Positions 38,471 to 48,246 of a stretch of 64,000 bases of DNA are shown piece after piece (position 1 is the first letter of the stretch; each line of letters opens with the position of its first letter). The stretch is taken from the NCBI GenBank assembly GCA_001776935.1, contig MFDN01000001.1, positions 229,449 through 293,448 of the forward strand, given 5' to 3'. The notes under the pieces were generated by a model, which did not search any database, was not told where the DNA came from, and was given only the letters and a program-made list of their open reading frames with translations. A program made the translations under genes and the position numbers. The DNA is from Candidatus Daviesbacteria bacterium RIFCSPLOWO2_01_FULL_39_23. Its GTDB lineage: Bacteria; Patescibacteriota; Microgenomatia; Daviesbacterales; UBA10151.

Positions 38471-38734
38471 ATGACTGCTAATAAATCTAAAAAGACAATT
38501 TTCATCAATAAAGAAAAGAGAGTTAATAGTGAGTTATTTGATGAAGTAAGGCTCACCAAAGGTCTCTCCCGTTTTCAATTGGCACTGGAAGTAGAGTTAT
38601 CTCCCCAAACAGTCAGACGTGTCCTTGTAATAGATGGCGACCCACGACCATCGACTGTTAAAAAAGTTGGTGAATTTTTAGAAATCCCTGCTAAAGACTG
38701 GTATATAAGGCGGGAAGTTTCGGTAGAAAAATAG
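38471..38734 (+). CDS. Cro-like HTH protein
   Basis: RLTKGLSRFQLALEVELSPQTVRRV HTH; first gene of the rightward operon. Confidence 0.8.
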   Translation: MTANKSKKTIFINKEKRVNSELFDEVRLTKGLSRFQLALEVELSPQTVRRVLVIDGDPRPSTVKKVGEFLEIPAKDWYIRREVSVEK

Positions 38735-38736
38735 AT

Positions 38737-38889
38737 ATGAATGCAGAATTGAAGTATAGATTGAGTGCCAGAAAAAGAAGATTGATGTTCAGGAAATTCA
38801 GACCACTGATATTAATCCTGATTTATATCGCTGTTGCGACTTGGCTGTTGAGCAAATTGATTGCTTTTATGGCTTCAAGATGTTTATAG
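38737..38889 (+). CDS. Small membrane protein (50 aa)
   Basis: MNAELKYRLSARKRRLMFRKFRPLILILIYIAVATWLL...; fills the operon gap; below the ORF-track cutoff. Confidence 0.55.
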   Translation: MNAELKYRLSARKRRLMFRKFRPLILILIYIAVATWLLSKLIAFMASRCL

Positions 38890-38902
38890 CTCATGAAAAT
38901 GA

Positions 38903-39652
38903 ATGTTACCAGCTACATTAGAAAGCAACATGACAAAAATGGTCAGATTCAATTACACAACTATAAATCACGATGCGAGAATTAGATTGGGTTTAAGTAT
39001 TAACGAATACTGTGTCTTCGATTTAATTTATAACCTCTCCAATAACCCTAAAAATGCTCAGATGGGATGGTGCTATGCCAAGAAAGAAACACTCGGCGAT
39101 TATTTAGATATAGGTAGAGCTACTGTTTTTCGTGCAATTAATAAAGGCTTGAGGAATGGCCTTTTGGAAAAACATCCAGAACAACCTGCTTTCTTAAGAG
39201 GAACCAGTAAATGGTATGAATCGGTAATGATTAAAAACGAATCTCAAAGTGAGACTCCCTATATCAATAAGAGATACGGACAGTCTCAAAATGATACTCC
39301 CACTCGTCTCAAAATGAGAACATACAAAGATACTAACAAGGACAATGACAATTTTACAGCTAAGCCTAACGGCTCTGTCAAAAAAATAGGAGAAATATTA
39401 AATGGTCAGTCCCTGACCTCTCGAAGCGATAACCCGATTTTTTATGAATGGCAGTCCGAAGCAGAACGAATGTGGGTAGAACTGGGTTTATCCGGAAGGC
39501 CAACAGACGAATTCTTCCGACACGTTAAGCTGGCATTCAAGAAGAAAAGACAGGGCAGATTACAAATTGCCCTTTCTTACTGCAAGGACGCAACCAAGGT
39601 GAATGACATGGAGAAATTATTTTACTGGCGCTACGCCAACGAACCGGTATGA
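38903..39652 (+). CDS. Phage-type replication initiator (winged HTH)
   Basis: WCYAKKETLGDYLDIGRATVFRAINK HTH, internal iterons, early-operon position. Confidence 0.75.
   Translation: MLPATLESNMTKMVRFNYTTINHDARIRLGLSINEYCVFDLIYNLSNNPKNAQMGWCYAKKETLGDYLDIGRATVFRAINKGLRNGLLEKHPEQPAFLRGTSKWYESVMIKNESQSETPYINKRYGQSQNDTPTRLKMRTYKDTNKDNDNFTAKPNGSVKKIGEILNGQSLTSRSDNPIFYEWQSEAERMWVELGLSGRPTDEFFRHVKLAFKKKRQGRLQIALSYCKDATKVNDMEKLFYWRYANEPV
39242..39321. repeat. Three iteron-like palindromic repeats (putative origin)
   Basis: TCTCAAAGTGAGAC, TCTCAAAATGATAC, TCTCAAAATGAGAA inside the initiator gene. Confidence 0.7.
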
Positions 39653-39655
39653 ACT

Positions 39656-40828
39656 ATGAAATTTATAGATTTATTTGCAGGTATCGGAGGTTTTAGATAT
39701 GGCTTACAAAAAGCAGCAAGACAAACTCGAAGTTCAATCCATTGCGTCTGGTCAAATGAATGGGACAGATATGCAAGTGAAGTATATAAAAACCATTATG
39801 GAGAATGCGACACAAGAGATATCAGAACAGTTATTACAAACGAAATCCCAGACCATGATCTACTCTGTGCTGGCTTTCCTTGTCAATCATTTAGTATTGC
39901 AGGAAAAAGATTGGGATTTGAAGACACAAGAGGAACTATGTTTTTTGAAATCGCTCGGATTATCCAGGACAAAAGACCCAGATATCTTTTGCTTGAAAAT
40001 GTTAAAGGCTTACTTAGTCACAACCAAGGAAAAACTTTCCAGACAATACTTGGGGTTCTCACCAACTTGGGGTATGAGTATCAATGGCAGGTTCTTAACA
40101 GCAAAAATTTCGGAGTTCCCCAGAATCGGGAGAGATTGTTCATTGTCGGAAATCTTAGAAGAACATGTAGACCCCAAGTATTTCCTATCAGAGGAGAAAT
40201 CCCAGAAACTACTCACTCAGGGGATGTGGCGGGTACACTTCAGGCAGACTACGGAAAAAGAGACAGGACTGGCGGCTACGTTATTAAAGCGCAACCAGTT
40301 CTCACACCGGAAAGAATCAATAAACGGCAAAACGGAAGAAGATTTAAAAAAGAAGGAGAACCAATGTTTACTTTAACTGGTCAAGATAGACATGGAGTAA
40401 TAGTCGGTACTTTACGTACTCATAAAGATGGAAATGGATTTAGGGAAATCAAACGAGGAATAGCACCCACTATTTCTGCAAGAGCCAGGACAGATGGCAG
40501 CGGCCAACCGGTCATTATCGATGATTTTTACCCTGACAGAGTTAGAGGGTTTGAAAAAAGCCCGACTCTTAGAAGTGGTAGGAATGGATTAAAAGTAAGT
40601 GACAAATTGAGGATCAGATTATTAACCCCCACAGAATGTGAGAGATTACAGGGTTTCCCGGATGGTTGGACTGAAGGAGTAAGCGATACTCAGAGATATA
40701 AGCAGTTGGGAAATGCTGTAACGACAAAGGTTGTTACGGAAATAGGTAAAAGACTATTAAAGGTCGTAAATAAGTCAGAGAGGAGGCGGAATGAATATGA
40801 AGCCAGGACAAAAAGAACTAAGGCCTAA
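39656..40828 (+). CDS. dcm: DNA (cytosine-5)-methyltransferase
   Basis: DLFAGIGG, GFPCQSFS, ENVKG, PQNRER, TPTECERLQGFPD, QLGNAV. Confidence 0.95.
   Translation: MKFIDLFAGIGGFRYGLQKAARQTRSSIHCVWSNEWDRYASEVYKNHYGECDTRDIRTVITNEIPDHDLLCAGFPCQSFSIAGKRLGFEDTRGTMFFEIARIIQDKRPRYLLLENVKGLLSHNQGKTFQTILGVLTNLGYEYQWQVLNSKNFGVPQNRERLFIVGNLRRTCRPQVFPIRGEIPETTHSGDVAGTLQADYGKRDRTGGYVIKAQPVLTPERINKRQNGRRFKKEGEPMFTLTGQDRHGVIVGTLRTHKDGNGFREIKRGIAPTISARARTDGSGQPVIIDDFYPDRVRGFEKSPTLRSGRNGLKVSDKLRIRLLTPTECERLQGFPDGWTEGVSDTQRYKQLGNAVTTKVVTEIGKRLLKVVNKSERRRNEYEARTKRTKA
39675..40376 (+). CDS. Alternative-frame ORF nested in dcm (candidate second MTase polypeptide)
   Basis: 233 open codons; contains SLSEILEEHVDPKYFLSEEK; true start uncertain. 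Confidence 0.5.
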   Translation: MQVSEVLDMAYKKQQDKLEVQSIASGQMNGTDMQVKYIKTIMENATQEISEQLLQTKSQTMIYSVLAFLVNHLVLQEKDWDLKTQEELCFLKSLGLSRTKDPDIFCLKMLKAYLVTTKEKLSRQYLGFSPTWGMSINGRFLTAKISEFPRIGRDCSLSEILEEHVDPKYFLSEEKSQKLLTQGMWRVHFRQTTEKETGLAATLLKRNQFSHRKESINGKTEEDLKKKENQCLL

Positions 40829-40970
40829 AAACCTTAAATATCATTTCGAAGGACAGAAAATAAATAAAGCTGGAGAAACAGTTTACATGGTTATCGTAAT
40901 TAAAACAGAAGAACTCCTGGAATGGGATGAGGCAACATTTAAAAAGAATCAGTCGCTCATCGAATACTAA
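40791..40970 (+). CDS. Small hypothetical protein (59 aa)
   Basis: AGGAGG RBS, MNMKPGQKELRPKNLKYHFEG... Confidence 0.6.
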   Translation: MNMKPGQKELRPKNLKYHFEGQKINKAGETVYMVIVIKTEELLEWDEATFKKNQSLIEY

Positions 40971-40975
40971 AACCT

Positions 40976-41236
40976 ATGATAAAAACCGAAACTGAATTAT
41001 TGGAAGAAATTTATAACAGTGTACATGAGGAAATGCTGCGCATGGAGATTGCAACGGAAACACTGGCAGATGTTGATGATGACAAAATAATCGAAACAGT
41101 AACCAGACGTTCACCTCTTGGTACGAGAGAGGAGCAGTTGACCAAAAAGGATGTAATAGCACGCTATACAGAAGACATTAGCAAACGGGAGAAAGTCCTT
41201 AAAGTAATTAAACAATTATTAGCAGAGAAAGCATGA
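40976..41236 (+). CDS. Hypothetical protein
   Basis: 86-aa ORF packed in the operon. Confidence 0.7.
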   Translation: MIKTETELLEEIYNSVHEEMLRMEIATETLADVDDDKIIETVTRRSPLGTREEQLTKKDVIARYTEDISKREKVLKVIKQLLAEKA

Positions 41237-41409
41237 AAGATCTTATATATCCGTTACTGAAGGAGGATTATATCTCGTCTTACCTGAGAAAGGAGGAGAA
41301 GAAACGGAAGATTCCGATAATCCCCCAGAAAGCCGGACACCTACCGTTTTATGTGAGAATCTGGCTGACGCTAAAGCTAAACATTAAAAAAATATGGAAA
41401 AAACATTAA
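41233..41409 (+). CDS. Small hypothetical protein (58 aa)
   Basis: ATGA overlap with the previous gene; MKDLIYPLLKEDYISSYLRK... Confidence 0.5.
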   Translation: MKDLIYPLLKEDYISSYLRKEEKKRKIPIIPQKAGHLPFYVRIWLTLKLNIKKIWKKH

Positions 41410-42650
41410 TACCAACAATAGAAATAACTGCTCTACGCTTTGCCGAGTACAACCCAAGGAAGATAACCCGCAGCGTAATAGAACAACTGAAGAATTCCAT
41501 CAAGGAATTCGGAATGCCGGTGCCGATTGTAATAAATACCTACAAAGACAGAGAAAATGTAATTATTGGTGGTGAAAAAAGAGTAAGGGCAGCTATAGAA
41601 TTGGGCTGGAAAGAAGTGCCTTGCAGCACAGTTAATCTTCCTCTGGAGAAAGAAAAAGCATTAAACCTTGCGCTTAATAAAATTGAAGATCAATGGGATG
41701 AAACCAAACTGGCAGAGATTATAACGGATCTTACTAAAGCAGACTTTGATTTATCGTTAACAGGGTTTAGTGAAGTAGAAATAAGTAATATTCTGGATAC
41801 CACTATGTTTTTGGATCAGGAAGAAGAAAAGCCTTGGGATACGGAAGAAGAAATCAAAAAAATAAAAGAACCGATATCTAAACTTGGTGAGGTGTACCAG
41901 ATAGGTCCACACCGGCTGATGTGCGGAGATTCAACTGATCCAGAAGATGTAAAGAGCCTCATGGACGGCAAAACAGCAGATATGATCTTTACTGATCCAC
42001 CTTATAATGTGGCGCACAAGAGTTATGAAAAGAAAGGAAAATTCCATACAGAACAAGGAGTTATCCTTGGTGATGACCAAAGTGATGATGAATTCAAGTT
42101 ATTCACTGAAGCATTCTTTCAAAATCTCAATATGTTGTTGAAGTCAGGTGGAACAATATACGTCTGCACCGGGTACTCCTCCTACCCCCTTTTTTATTAT
42201 CAAATGCTCAGTTCCGGGTTTATTTTTAGCAGCAATATTGTCTGGGTAAAACCTAGCTTTGCAATCGGTTGGGGTAACTACAAAAAGCAATACGAACAAA
42301 TAATGAAAGGCAAGAAACCGACAGGCAAACCAAAAGCGCAGGCAATTATGTACGGCTGGAAAAAAGGAGAGCGTCACCAATTCTTTGGTGAAGCAAATGA
42401 AAGCGATGTCTGGGAAATGCCACGAAAGGCAGTAACCGAAATGGTCCACCCGACAGAGAAACCTGAGTGGCTCATTATGAAAGCGATCAAAGGCGGAAGC
42501 AGAGTCGGCCAGTTAGTAGTTGATTTATTCGGTGGTTCAGGAAGCACTTTAATGGCAGCTCACAAGATAGGACGAATAGCCTATCTTATGGAAAGAGATC
42601 CGCTATTCTGCGATTTAATCCGCAAAAGATGCCATCGGCTCAAAATGTAA
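41394..42650 (+). CDS. ParB-like N-terminal domain fused to an N6/N4 DNA methyltransferase
   Basis: YNPRKI..IIGGEKR; HRLMCGDST, FTDPPYNV, HPTEKP, DLFGGSGST. Confidence 0.92.
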   Translation: MEKTLIPTIEITALRFAEYNPRKITRSVIEQLKNSIKEFGMPVPIVINTYKDRENVIIGGEKRVRAAIELGWKEVPCSTVNLPLEKEKALNLALNKIEDQWDETKLAEIITDLTKADFDLSLTGFSEVEISNILDTTMFLDQEEEKPWDTEEEIKKIKEPISKLGEVYQIGPHRLMCGDSTDPEDVKSLMDGKTADMIFTDPPYNVAHKSYEKKGKFHTEQGVILGDDQSDDEFKLFTEAFFQNLNMLLKSGGTIYVCTGYSSYPLFYYQMLSSGFIFSSNIVWVKPSFAIGWGNYKKQYEQIMKGKKPTGKPKAQAIMYGWKKGERHQFFGEANESDVWEMPRKAVTEMVHPTEKPEWLIMKAIKGGSRVGQLVVDLFGGSGSTLMAAHKIGRIAYLMERDPLFCDLIRKRCHRLKM

Positions 42651-42705
42651 GTCCCTGTGTGGCGATTTGTGGGCTCTTCTCAGAATAAGTGGACTAGTTG
42701 TGCCT

Positions 42706-43272
42706 ATGAAAGCAAAAAAAGAAAATAAGCTAAAGATTCTAGTTGAACAGATGCCTGATGAAACACAGGAACAGTACGCTGCCTTTCTGGCATATTGTTC
42801 CATGATTAACAGAAGTATCAGGGAGGTGAGCAAAAGGTGGGCAGAAATAGGGCGGGAATTGGGGGAACAAAACTCAAAATACAGGTTGGGGAAACAACCA
42901 TCCGCAAAAACCTTATTCAAGTGGTCTAAGAAATATAGCTGGGTCAGACGGGTACAGATTTGGGATGAGGAAAAAAAGAAATTGATGACTTTAGAATTTC
43001 AAAGAACTGAAAGCCAGAGATCTGTTAAGGTTTCCCGCTTATTTGAAAAAATATCTACTCATCTCCTCCAGCAAGTAAATAGAGACAGAGCTATTACTGT
43101 TGATGAATTTAAAAAAGCCTGGGAGATGTTCCGAACTGAATCAGGGTTATCAACCGGGAATACGGAGATTCGTCACACTATAAACGAAGATGAACAAACC
43201 CCTCCTACTCCTCAGGATGAAGAATTTGGAAAAAAACTGGATGAACTGGAGAAACAACATTATGACGAATAG
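42706..43272 (+). CDS. Putative terminase small subunit
   Basis: ET..QYAAF..Y, WSKKYSWVRR HTH-like motif; directly upstream of TerL. Confidence 0.6.
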   Translation: MKAKKENKLKILVEQMPDETQEQYAAFLAYCSMINRSIREVSKRWAEIGRELGEQNSKYRLGKQPSAKTLFKWSKKYSWVRRVQIWDEEKKKLMTLEFQRTESQRSVKVSRLFEKISTHLLQQVNRDRAITVDEFKKAWEMFRTESGLSTGNTEIRHTINEDEQTPPTPQDEEFGKKLDELEKQHYDE

Positions 43273-44821
43273 CACCTTTCACAGACAGAAAAACAGTATT
43301 TTACATTGGATTAGAATTAATAAGATTAAGAATGAGAACGGCGAGCCGATTGAATTTAAAGCTCATCGTTTCATGCTGGATATTTATGCAGATCGTACAC
43401 CGGTTCAGGTCATACGCAAGGGATCGCAGGTAGGAGCAAGTACAATGGAAATCCTGCGGGCTTTCCATGCAGCACGTTTTTGGGGCATAAACCAGATCTA
43501 TACTCTCCCTACTGCTGATGACGTTGCAGAATTTGTAAAAAGCAAAGTAAACCGTTTAATTAAAGTAAATCCCTGTATCTTGGAAGGTGTAAGCGGTAAA
43601 GATGCTGACTCAGTTGAGCAAAAGCAAATCGGCAAATCCTTTTTATTTTTCAAAGGAACGTACACCGAAAAAGAGGCAATCATGCTTACATCTGACCGGA
43701 ATATCCATGATGAACTGGATAAATCAAAGACTGAGGTGGTAAGAGATTATACCTCACGTATGGGTTATTCCAAAATAAGGAGCCAGCACTTTTTCTCTAC
43801 TCCCACTACTCCCGATTTTGGAGTGGACAAATTGTTTGAACAGTCAGACCAAAAGTACTGGAGGTTTAACTGTCCTCATTGCAATTTCAGGCAGCATATG
43901 GAATGGGACAAAAACGTAGACGTAGAGAGAGGTATTTATATCTGCCAGCAATGCAATAAAGAGATAGCACCAAAGCAAATAAACGATTCAGGGAGATGGG
44001 AAGCCAGATATCCAGGAAGGCCAATTTCCGGATACTGGATAAGCCAGATGCACGCGCCCTGGAAGTCTGCAGCAGACTTAATCAAAGAGAGGAAGGATGC
44101 AGATGATGATACCTATTTTTTTAATTTTGTTTTAGGACTACCCTACTTATCAGCAGAGCAAAGAATCCCGGTAAGTCTTTTTATACGCAACGTGAGCGAC
44201 GTAAAGGCCGATTCTACAGAGGAATACAACGTAATGGGCATTGATACAGGAGCAGGCACAGGAAAGGGAAATCACGTTATTATTGGCAACAAGCTGGGAA
44301 TTTTCTGGATTGGCATCCTTACAGACCATGAAGGTAAAGACAGATGGCAGCAGGCAGCAGAACTTATAACTTTTTTTGATGTCCGGGTTGTGGTAGTCGA
44401 TGGACAACCTTATACCAGAGAAGCATTTGATCTGGCAAAACAATTCCCCTATAGAGTCTATTTAAACTGGTTCAAAGACGACCCAAAGATGTTGGAGGTA
44501 ATAAGGTTTTTTGATGAGAAAGAAGGAAAAGAATCAGAGTTTGAGGAAGAAGTAAGGGTATTTTCTTCCCGAACAAGAATTATGGATGATACTATCTCAG
44601 CACTTCGGAAAGGAGAAATTAAGTTTGCCATGCCATCAAACAGCCTCACTCTTAAAATCCTCACAGAGCACGCACAAACGATGTATGCACGCAACGTAAC
44701 CGATAAATTGGGTCAGGTAAAGCGTGAATGGGCAAACACCGGACCAAACGACTTCTGGCTGGCATTAGTTTACTGGCATATTGCTTTATTAAAACGATCA
44801 AAATATGAGCCAAACAAATAA
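43262..44821 (+). CDS. Terminase large subunit (GpA-like)
   Basis: RKGSQVGAS Walker A, HDELD Walker B, FSTPT, CPHC/CQQC zinc finger, MGIDTG nuclease motif. Confidence 0.88.
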   Translation: MTNSTFHRQKNSILHWIRINKIKNENGEPIEFKAHRFMLDIYADRTPVQVIRKGSQVGASTMEILRAFHAARFWGINQIYTLPTADDVAEFVKSKVNRLIKVNPCILEGVSGKDADSVEQKQIGKSFLFFKGTYTEKEAIMLTSDRNIHDELDKSKTEVVRDYTSRMGYSKIRSQHFFSTPTTPDFGVDKLFEQSDQKYWRFNCPHCNFRQHMEWDKNVDVERGIYICQQCNKEIAPKQINDSGRWEARYPGRPISGYWISQMHAPWKSAADLIKERKDADDDTYFFNFVLGLPYLSAEQRIPVSLFIRNVSDVKADSTEEYNVMGIDTGAGTGKGNHVIIGNKLGIFWIGILTDHEGKDRWQQAAELITFFDVRVVVVDGQPYTREAFDLAKQFPYRVYLNWFKDDPKMLEVIRFFDEKEGKESEFEEEVRVFSSRTRIMDDTISALRKGEIKFAMPSNSLTLKILTEHAQTMYARNVTDKLGQVKREWANTGPNDFWLALVYWHIALLKRSKYEPNK

Positions 44822-45029
44822 AGAACCAAAGAAAATAACAGTCACTGTCACAGAAGCGGAAGCTAAAATCTTGGAAGATATCCGGAAGGTGCAGTATGGG
44901 CGGGTAGATATTTATATCCAGGACGGCAAACCCTACAGAAAAGAGATTGTAGAGCAAAAACGCATTGGTCCGGAAGAAGGTGGAAGTGCCGGAACATTCC
45001 CCAAGAAGCAAAGCAATATCGAGATTTAA
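44805..45029 (+). CDS. DUF2292/YezD-like small protein
   Basis: ILEDIRKVQYGRVDIYIQDGKP. Confidence 0.65.
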   Translation: MSQTNKEPKKITVTVTEAEAKILEDIRKVQYGRVDIYIQDGKPYRKEIVEQKRIGPEEGGSAGTFPKKQSNIEI

Positions 45030-45081
45030 CTTTACCTAACTGTTGATTACTACTTCCTGTAGTTTTCGCTATAATTAAAAA

Positions 45082-45108
45082 TGTTACTTTTCCCGACTCT
45101 TCCGTTTA
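45082..45108 (+). promoter_or_regulatory. Putative ECF-type promoter of the sigma factor gene
   Basis: TGTTACTTTT...CGTTTA upstream of the ECF gene. Confidence 0.45.
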
Positions 45109-45142
45109 CTTATGTAGAACGGTTGAAGCGGATCATTGAAAT

Positions 45143-45646
45143 ATGCTGAAGCCACCGTTCGAAGATGTAGTCAAAAATTATATAAAGCTCGTGTACTTTT
45201 TTGCAAAAAAGTCACTATATCAGCAGGATGATGTAGATGACATAGTACAGGAGACATTTCTGAAAGCAATGAGTAATTATAAACAATTTACATTCCGGAG
45301 CGATGGAGAGCTGAAAAGCTGGCTTCTTACTATCTGCAGACATTTAATCACTGACCAGATAAGATCTAAGAAGAACACAATCTCTATCGAGCAGAACAAC
45401 ATCGAACTCTTCGACCATAATGACGTAGAAGACATGCTGGACGCAGAGATTACTCAGGAAAAGGATATAGAGATGGTCAAGAAGGAATTATTAAACCTAA
45501 AGGCGGCAGAACAGGAAATTATTCGCCTGCGGATTGTTGAGGAGATGGAATTCAAGGAGATAGCTATCACCCTGGCGAGTAAGGAAGCAGCCGTTAAAAT
45601 GCGTTTTTATAGAGCGCTTATCAAGCTCAAAGAAGCACTACTATGA
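45143..45646 (+). CDS. ECF RNA polymerase sigma factor
   Basis: DDIVQETFLKA, KSWLLTICRH, region 4 FKEIA..AVKMRFYRA. Confidence 0.93.
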   Translation: MLKPPFEDVVKNYIKLVYFFAKKSLYQQDDVDDIVQETFLKAMSNYKQFTFRSDGELKSWLLTICRHLITDQIRSKKNTISIEQNNIELFDHNDVEDMLDAEITQEKDIEMVKKELLNLKAAEQEIIRLRIVEEMEFKEIAITLASKEAAVKMRFYRALIKLKEALL

Positions 45647-46557
45647 AATTAAAAAATGTAATCAAATCAGTATTTGAAAAGGAAGGACAAAAAGACACAA
45701 TGCATATAAAAGCATTGGAGAAGCAGATCCTGTCAAAAATCCATGAAGAAGAAGATTTGGATCAAGAAGTGAAGACTTATTTTCCCCAGCCTAAATCCTT
45801 CTGGACAACTAAATTACCCTACGCATTTGCAGCATTGCTATTATTTGTACTTTTCTTTGGTATAAGCACAAAGAATCCGGTAATGGCAAAAGGTACAATT
45901 TTAGATGTACTTATAAATCTGAAGAACCAACTCCAACAGGAACTGACTACTCTACTTAGCAATGATCCGTCATACAGAGACAAAAACACGCAAAAATATA
46001 AACAAGCTCAGAAAGAATGGTGTTCGGTTAGCGCCAGTGCGCCAGAGGAGCAGGAGAAGTCAGTAGCAGCAATAAGGGATTTTTTAGATAGGCCAGATGC
46101 AAGTGTTGAGTATGAATGTGCAGTTAGAAATCCGAATAAACCTGACGAAAAACCGCAAACTGAAACATATAAGGCAGATTTTGATAGATTTTTTATCGAT
46201 ACAAAGACCAATCGGGTCATAGAAATGTCGTTGATCGAAGATAACAACTGGGGAGTAAATAAAGATGGCTCACGCTGGTTCAGCCAAAGAAAACAATATG
46301 ACTACACCCCGAAATATGACCAAGCAGAAGCAGAACAACTCGCCAATGATTTTATTAAAAACCATGAGAAATCAATCGGAAAAATAGACCCACAACTTTT
46401 ATTATTAGAAACACACTTAAAAGATGGTGATGATAACAAGATAGAGTATATTTTTATCTGGAAAGGTAAAACAGATGGTGGTTTTACCCCTCAATTAACC
46501 ATTACGTTTACCCAAGGCGGGCAGCTAGTTAACTTCTCTAACCTTCTTTTCAAATAA
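45643..46557 (+). CDS. Putative anti-sigma factor (single TM, extracytoplasmic domain)
   Basis: ATGA-coupled to the ECF gene; TM near residues 60-78. Confidence 0.65.
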   Translation: MKLKNVIKSVFEKEGQKDTMHIKALEKQILSKIHEEEDLDQEVKTYFPQPKSFWTTKLPYAFAALLLFVLFFGISTKNPVMAKGTILDVLINLKNQLQQELTTLLSNDPSYRDKNTQKYKQAQKEWCSVSASAPEEQEKSVAAIRDFLDRPDASVEYECAVRNPNKPDEKPQTETYKADFDRFFIDTKTNRVIEMSLIEDNNWGVNKDGSRWFSQRKQYDYTPKYDQAEAEQLANDFIKNHEKSIGKIDPQLLLLETHLKDGDDNKIEYIFIWKGKTDGGFTPQLTITFTQGGQLVNFSNLLFK

Positions 46558-46777
46558 CAGGCACTGCATAAAATCACCACAAAAAAACAGCCCTTGACAA
46601 TTCTCAATAATTTTGAGATTGTATATGTATGAGAAGTAAGAAAAGTAAGTATATTCTTACCTTTTACGATCTGCCCCATTTCAGAACCCCCCAATTTACC
46701 TCATATCTTTTTTATTTGAAAACCCAGATTACTAATTATAAATCCTGGGTTTATTAACAAGGAAGGAGGTGAAATAC

Positions 46778-47530
46778 ATGACAATCATAACAAAAGCTAA
46801 AGCAACAATACTTCCAGCTGTCGCTGGAGTAGCAGTCCTCGCCGGACTGGTAACTGCTGTCTCAGCACAATCAGTTAATCCGCAGGAAACGCTGGATGCC
46901 TTAACAGCGCAAATGCAGACTAAAGCTGAACAAGCTGTAAAAGGTGGCCAAACAGTAAAAGGTCCGCGTGAAGGCGAAGTAGCCTTTACAGGCAATGTAG
47001 CTGCCGAGTTAGAAACATTGCGTCAACAAGGCTCAAAAGCCAAGTCAGAAACTCTCGCACGGCCTGCGTCTGAGAGATCTGCAGCAGTCGCAAAAATCCG
47101 AGCTTTCGCTGGCAATCCAGGGCTAAACCCGGAGTATCTCTCTACTGCAAAATCAAGTTACAGCAATATAACTATTGCTGAATACTACTCAGCAGGCCAG
47201 GACTACTTTGAGGTCAACACCAAAACGAACGAAATCGTTCAATTTGGACCCGCTCCTGTTGCAAAAGGACAACCTGTTAAGGTTTATAACACCGAAGCAA
47301 AGTTTACTCCTGAGCAATTAGAAGCAAAAGCCAGGGAGTTCATCGCCCAAAATGCTCCAGATGCTAACTTAAGCAATCTGAAAGCAAGTACTGGTGAAAA
47401 AGGCGGAACAAACTACTTCTTCAGATTCACAGACGAATCAAAAGACGTAGAAGGAGTTAAGGCTTTCGTACAGGTAGGATTTACTGTCGGAGGCGACCTT
47501 CTCAGCTATACAAATACGCTGGGATTGTAA
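46778..47530 (+). CDS. Secreted hypothetical protein
   Basis: GGAGGTG RBS, signal peptide; C-terminal half resembles the C-terminal half of the anti-sigma. Confidence 0.75.
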   Translation: MTIITKAKATILPAVAGVAVLAGLVTAVSAQSVNPQETLDALTAQMQTKAEQAVKGGQTVKGPREGEVAFTGNVAAELETLRQQGSKAKSETLARPASERSAAVAKIRAFAGNPGLNPEYLSTAKSSYSNITIAEYYSAGQDYFEVNTKTNEIVQFGPAPVAKGQPVKVYNTEAKFTPEQLEAKAREFIAQNAPDANLSNLKASTGEKGGTNYFFRFTDESKDVEGVKAFVQVGFTVGGDLLSYTNTLGL

Positions 47531-47572
47531 GTGAGGGCAAATAAAAAAGGAAGGAGGTGAAATAAAAAGCAA

Positions 47573-48097
47573 ATGAAAAAAATATCAAGATTATTCTTCG
47601 GATTGCTCATGGCCCTTGCTGTCTTTTCGACAGGAGCACAGGCTGCTCATGCAGCAGTTTCCATCTACGCTAATAACGGAAGCTACTACACAGCTTATGG
47701 ACCAAGCCAATACTGGTACAACGTAGATAATGAAGGTTACTGTGGAAATGGAGGAGGAAACTGTAGTCCAAATAATATGAAGTACACCTGGTCAGGATGT
47801 GGCGATCCTGTTAACTACGCTGTATGGACTAACGGCGCTGGACCAAATGGATGGGCAACACATGATGCCTACATCCCAGGTACAAATGCTACAAATCCAG
47901 GAGCACCGTACCTGTTAGGTTATAACTCAGGAAGCCAATATCACTTTACCATCAACCAGAATTCTTACTATGATGCCTGGGTCAGGACAGATCCTTCCGA
48001 CCCATGGTGGTACAACATTGGAAATGTATGGCTGGATGATAATCCATGCAATGGTACTTCCAAGATTGGCTTTGACGAACAGAAGGTTGCAGATTAA
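47573..48097 (+). CDS. Secreted Cys/aromatic-rich protein, golvesin/CBM-like domain
   Basis: GGAGGTG RBS, AHA signal cleavage site, AVW..AYIPG..AT..APY..INQN..W pattern. Confidence 0.65.
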   Translation: MKKISRLFFGLLMALAVFSTGAQAAHAAVSIYANNGSYYTAYGPSQYWYNVDNEGYCGNGGGNCSPNNMKYTWSGCGDPVNYAVWTNGAGPNGWATHDAYIPGTNATNPGAPYLLGYNSGSQYHFTINQNSYYDAWVRTDPSDPWWYNIGNVWLDDNPCNGTSKIGFDEQKVAD

Positions 48098-48126
48098 GAT
48101 TTAAGCTATCTTCTTATTAGTTCTCT

Positions 48127-48159
48127 CCTAGCCCCCCTGATCAAGGGGCTAGGTTTGTT
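48127..48159 (+). terminator. Intrinsic terminator
   Basis: CCTAGCCCC/GGGGCTAGG hairpin followed by TTTGTT. Confidence 0.6.
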
Positions 48160-48246
48160 ATTGAGGCGTATAGTAAGACAAATAAGAAAATAAAGAATTC
48201 CGCTGGACTTCTGAGCTTACCTTTGATATATTGAGACTAGGCTAAT

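Noticed and set aside
39656-42650. Restriction-modification system
   Set aside because: No endonuclease recognised nearby; orphan MTases are common in phage early and packaging regions.
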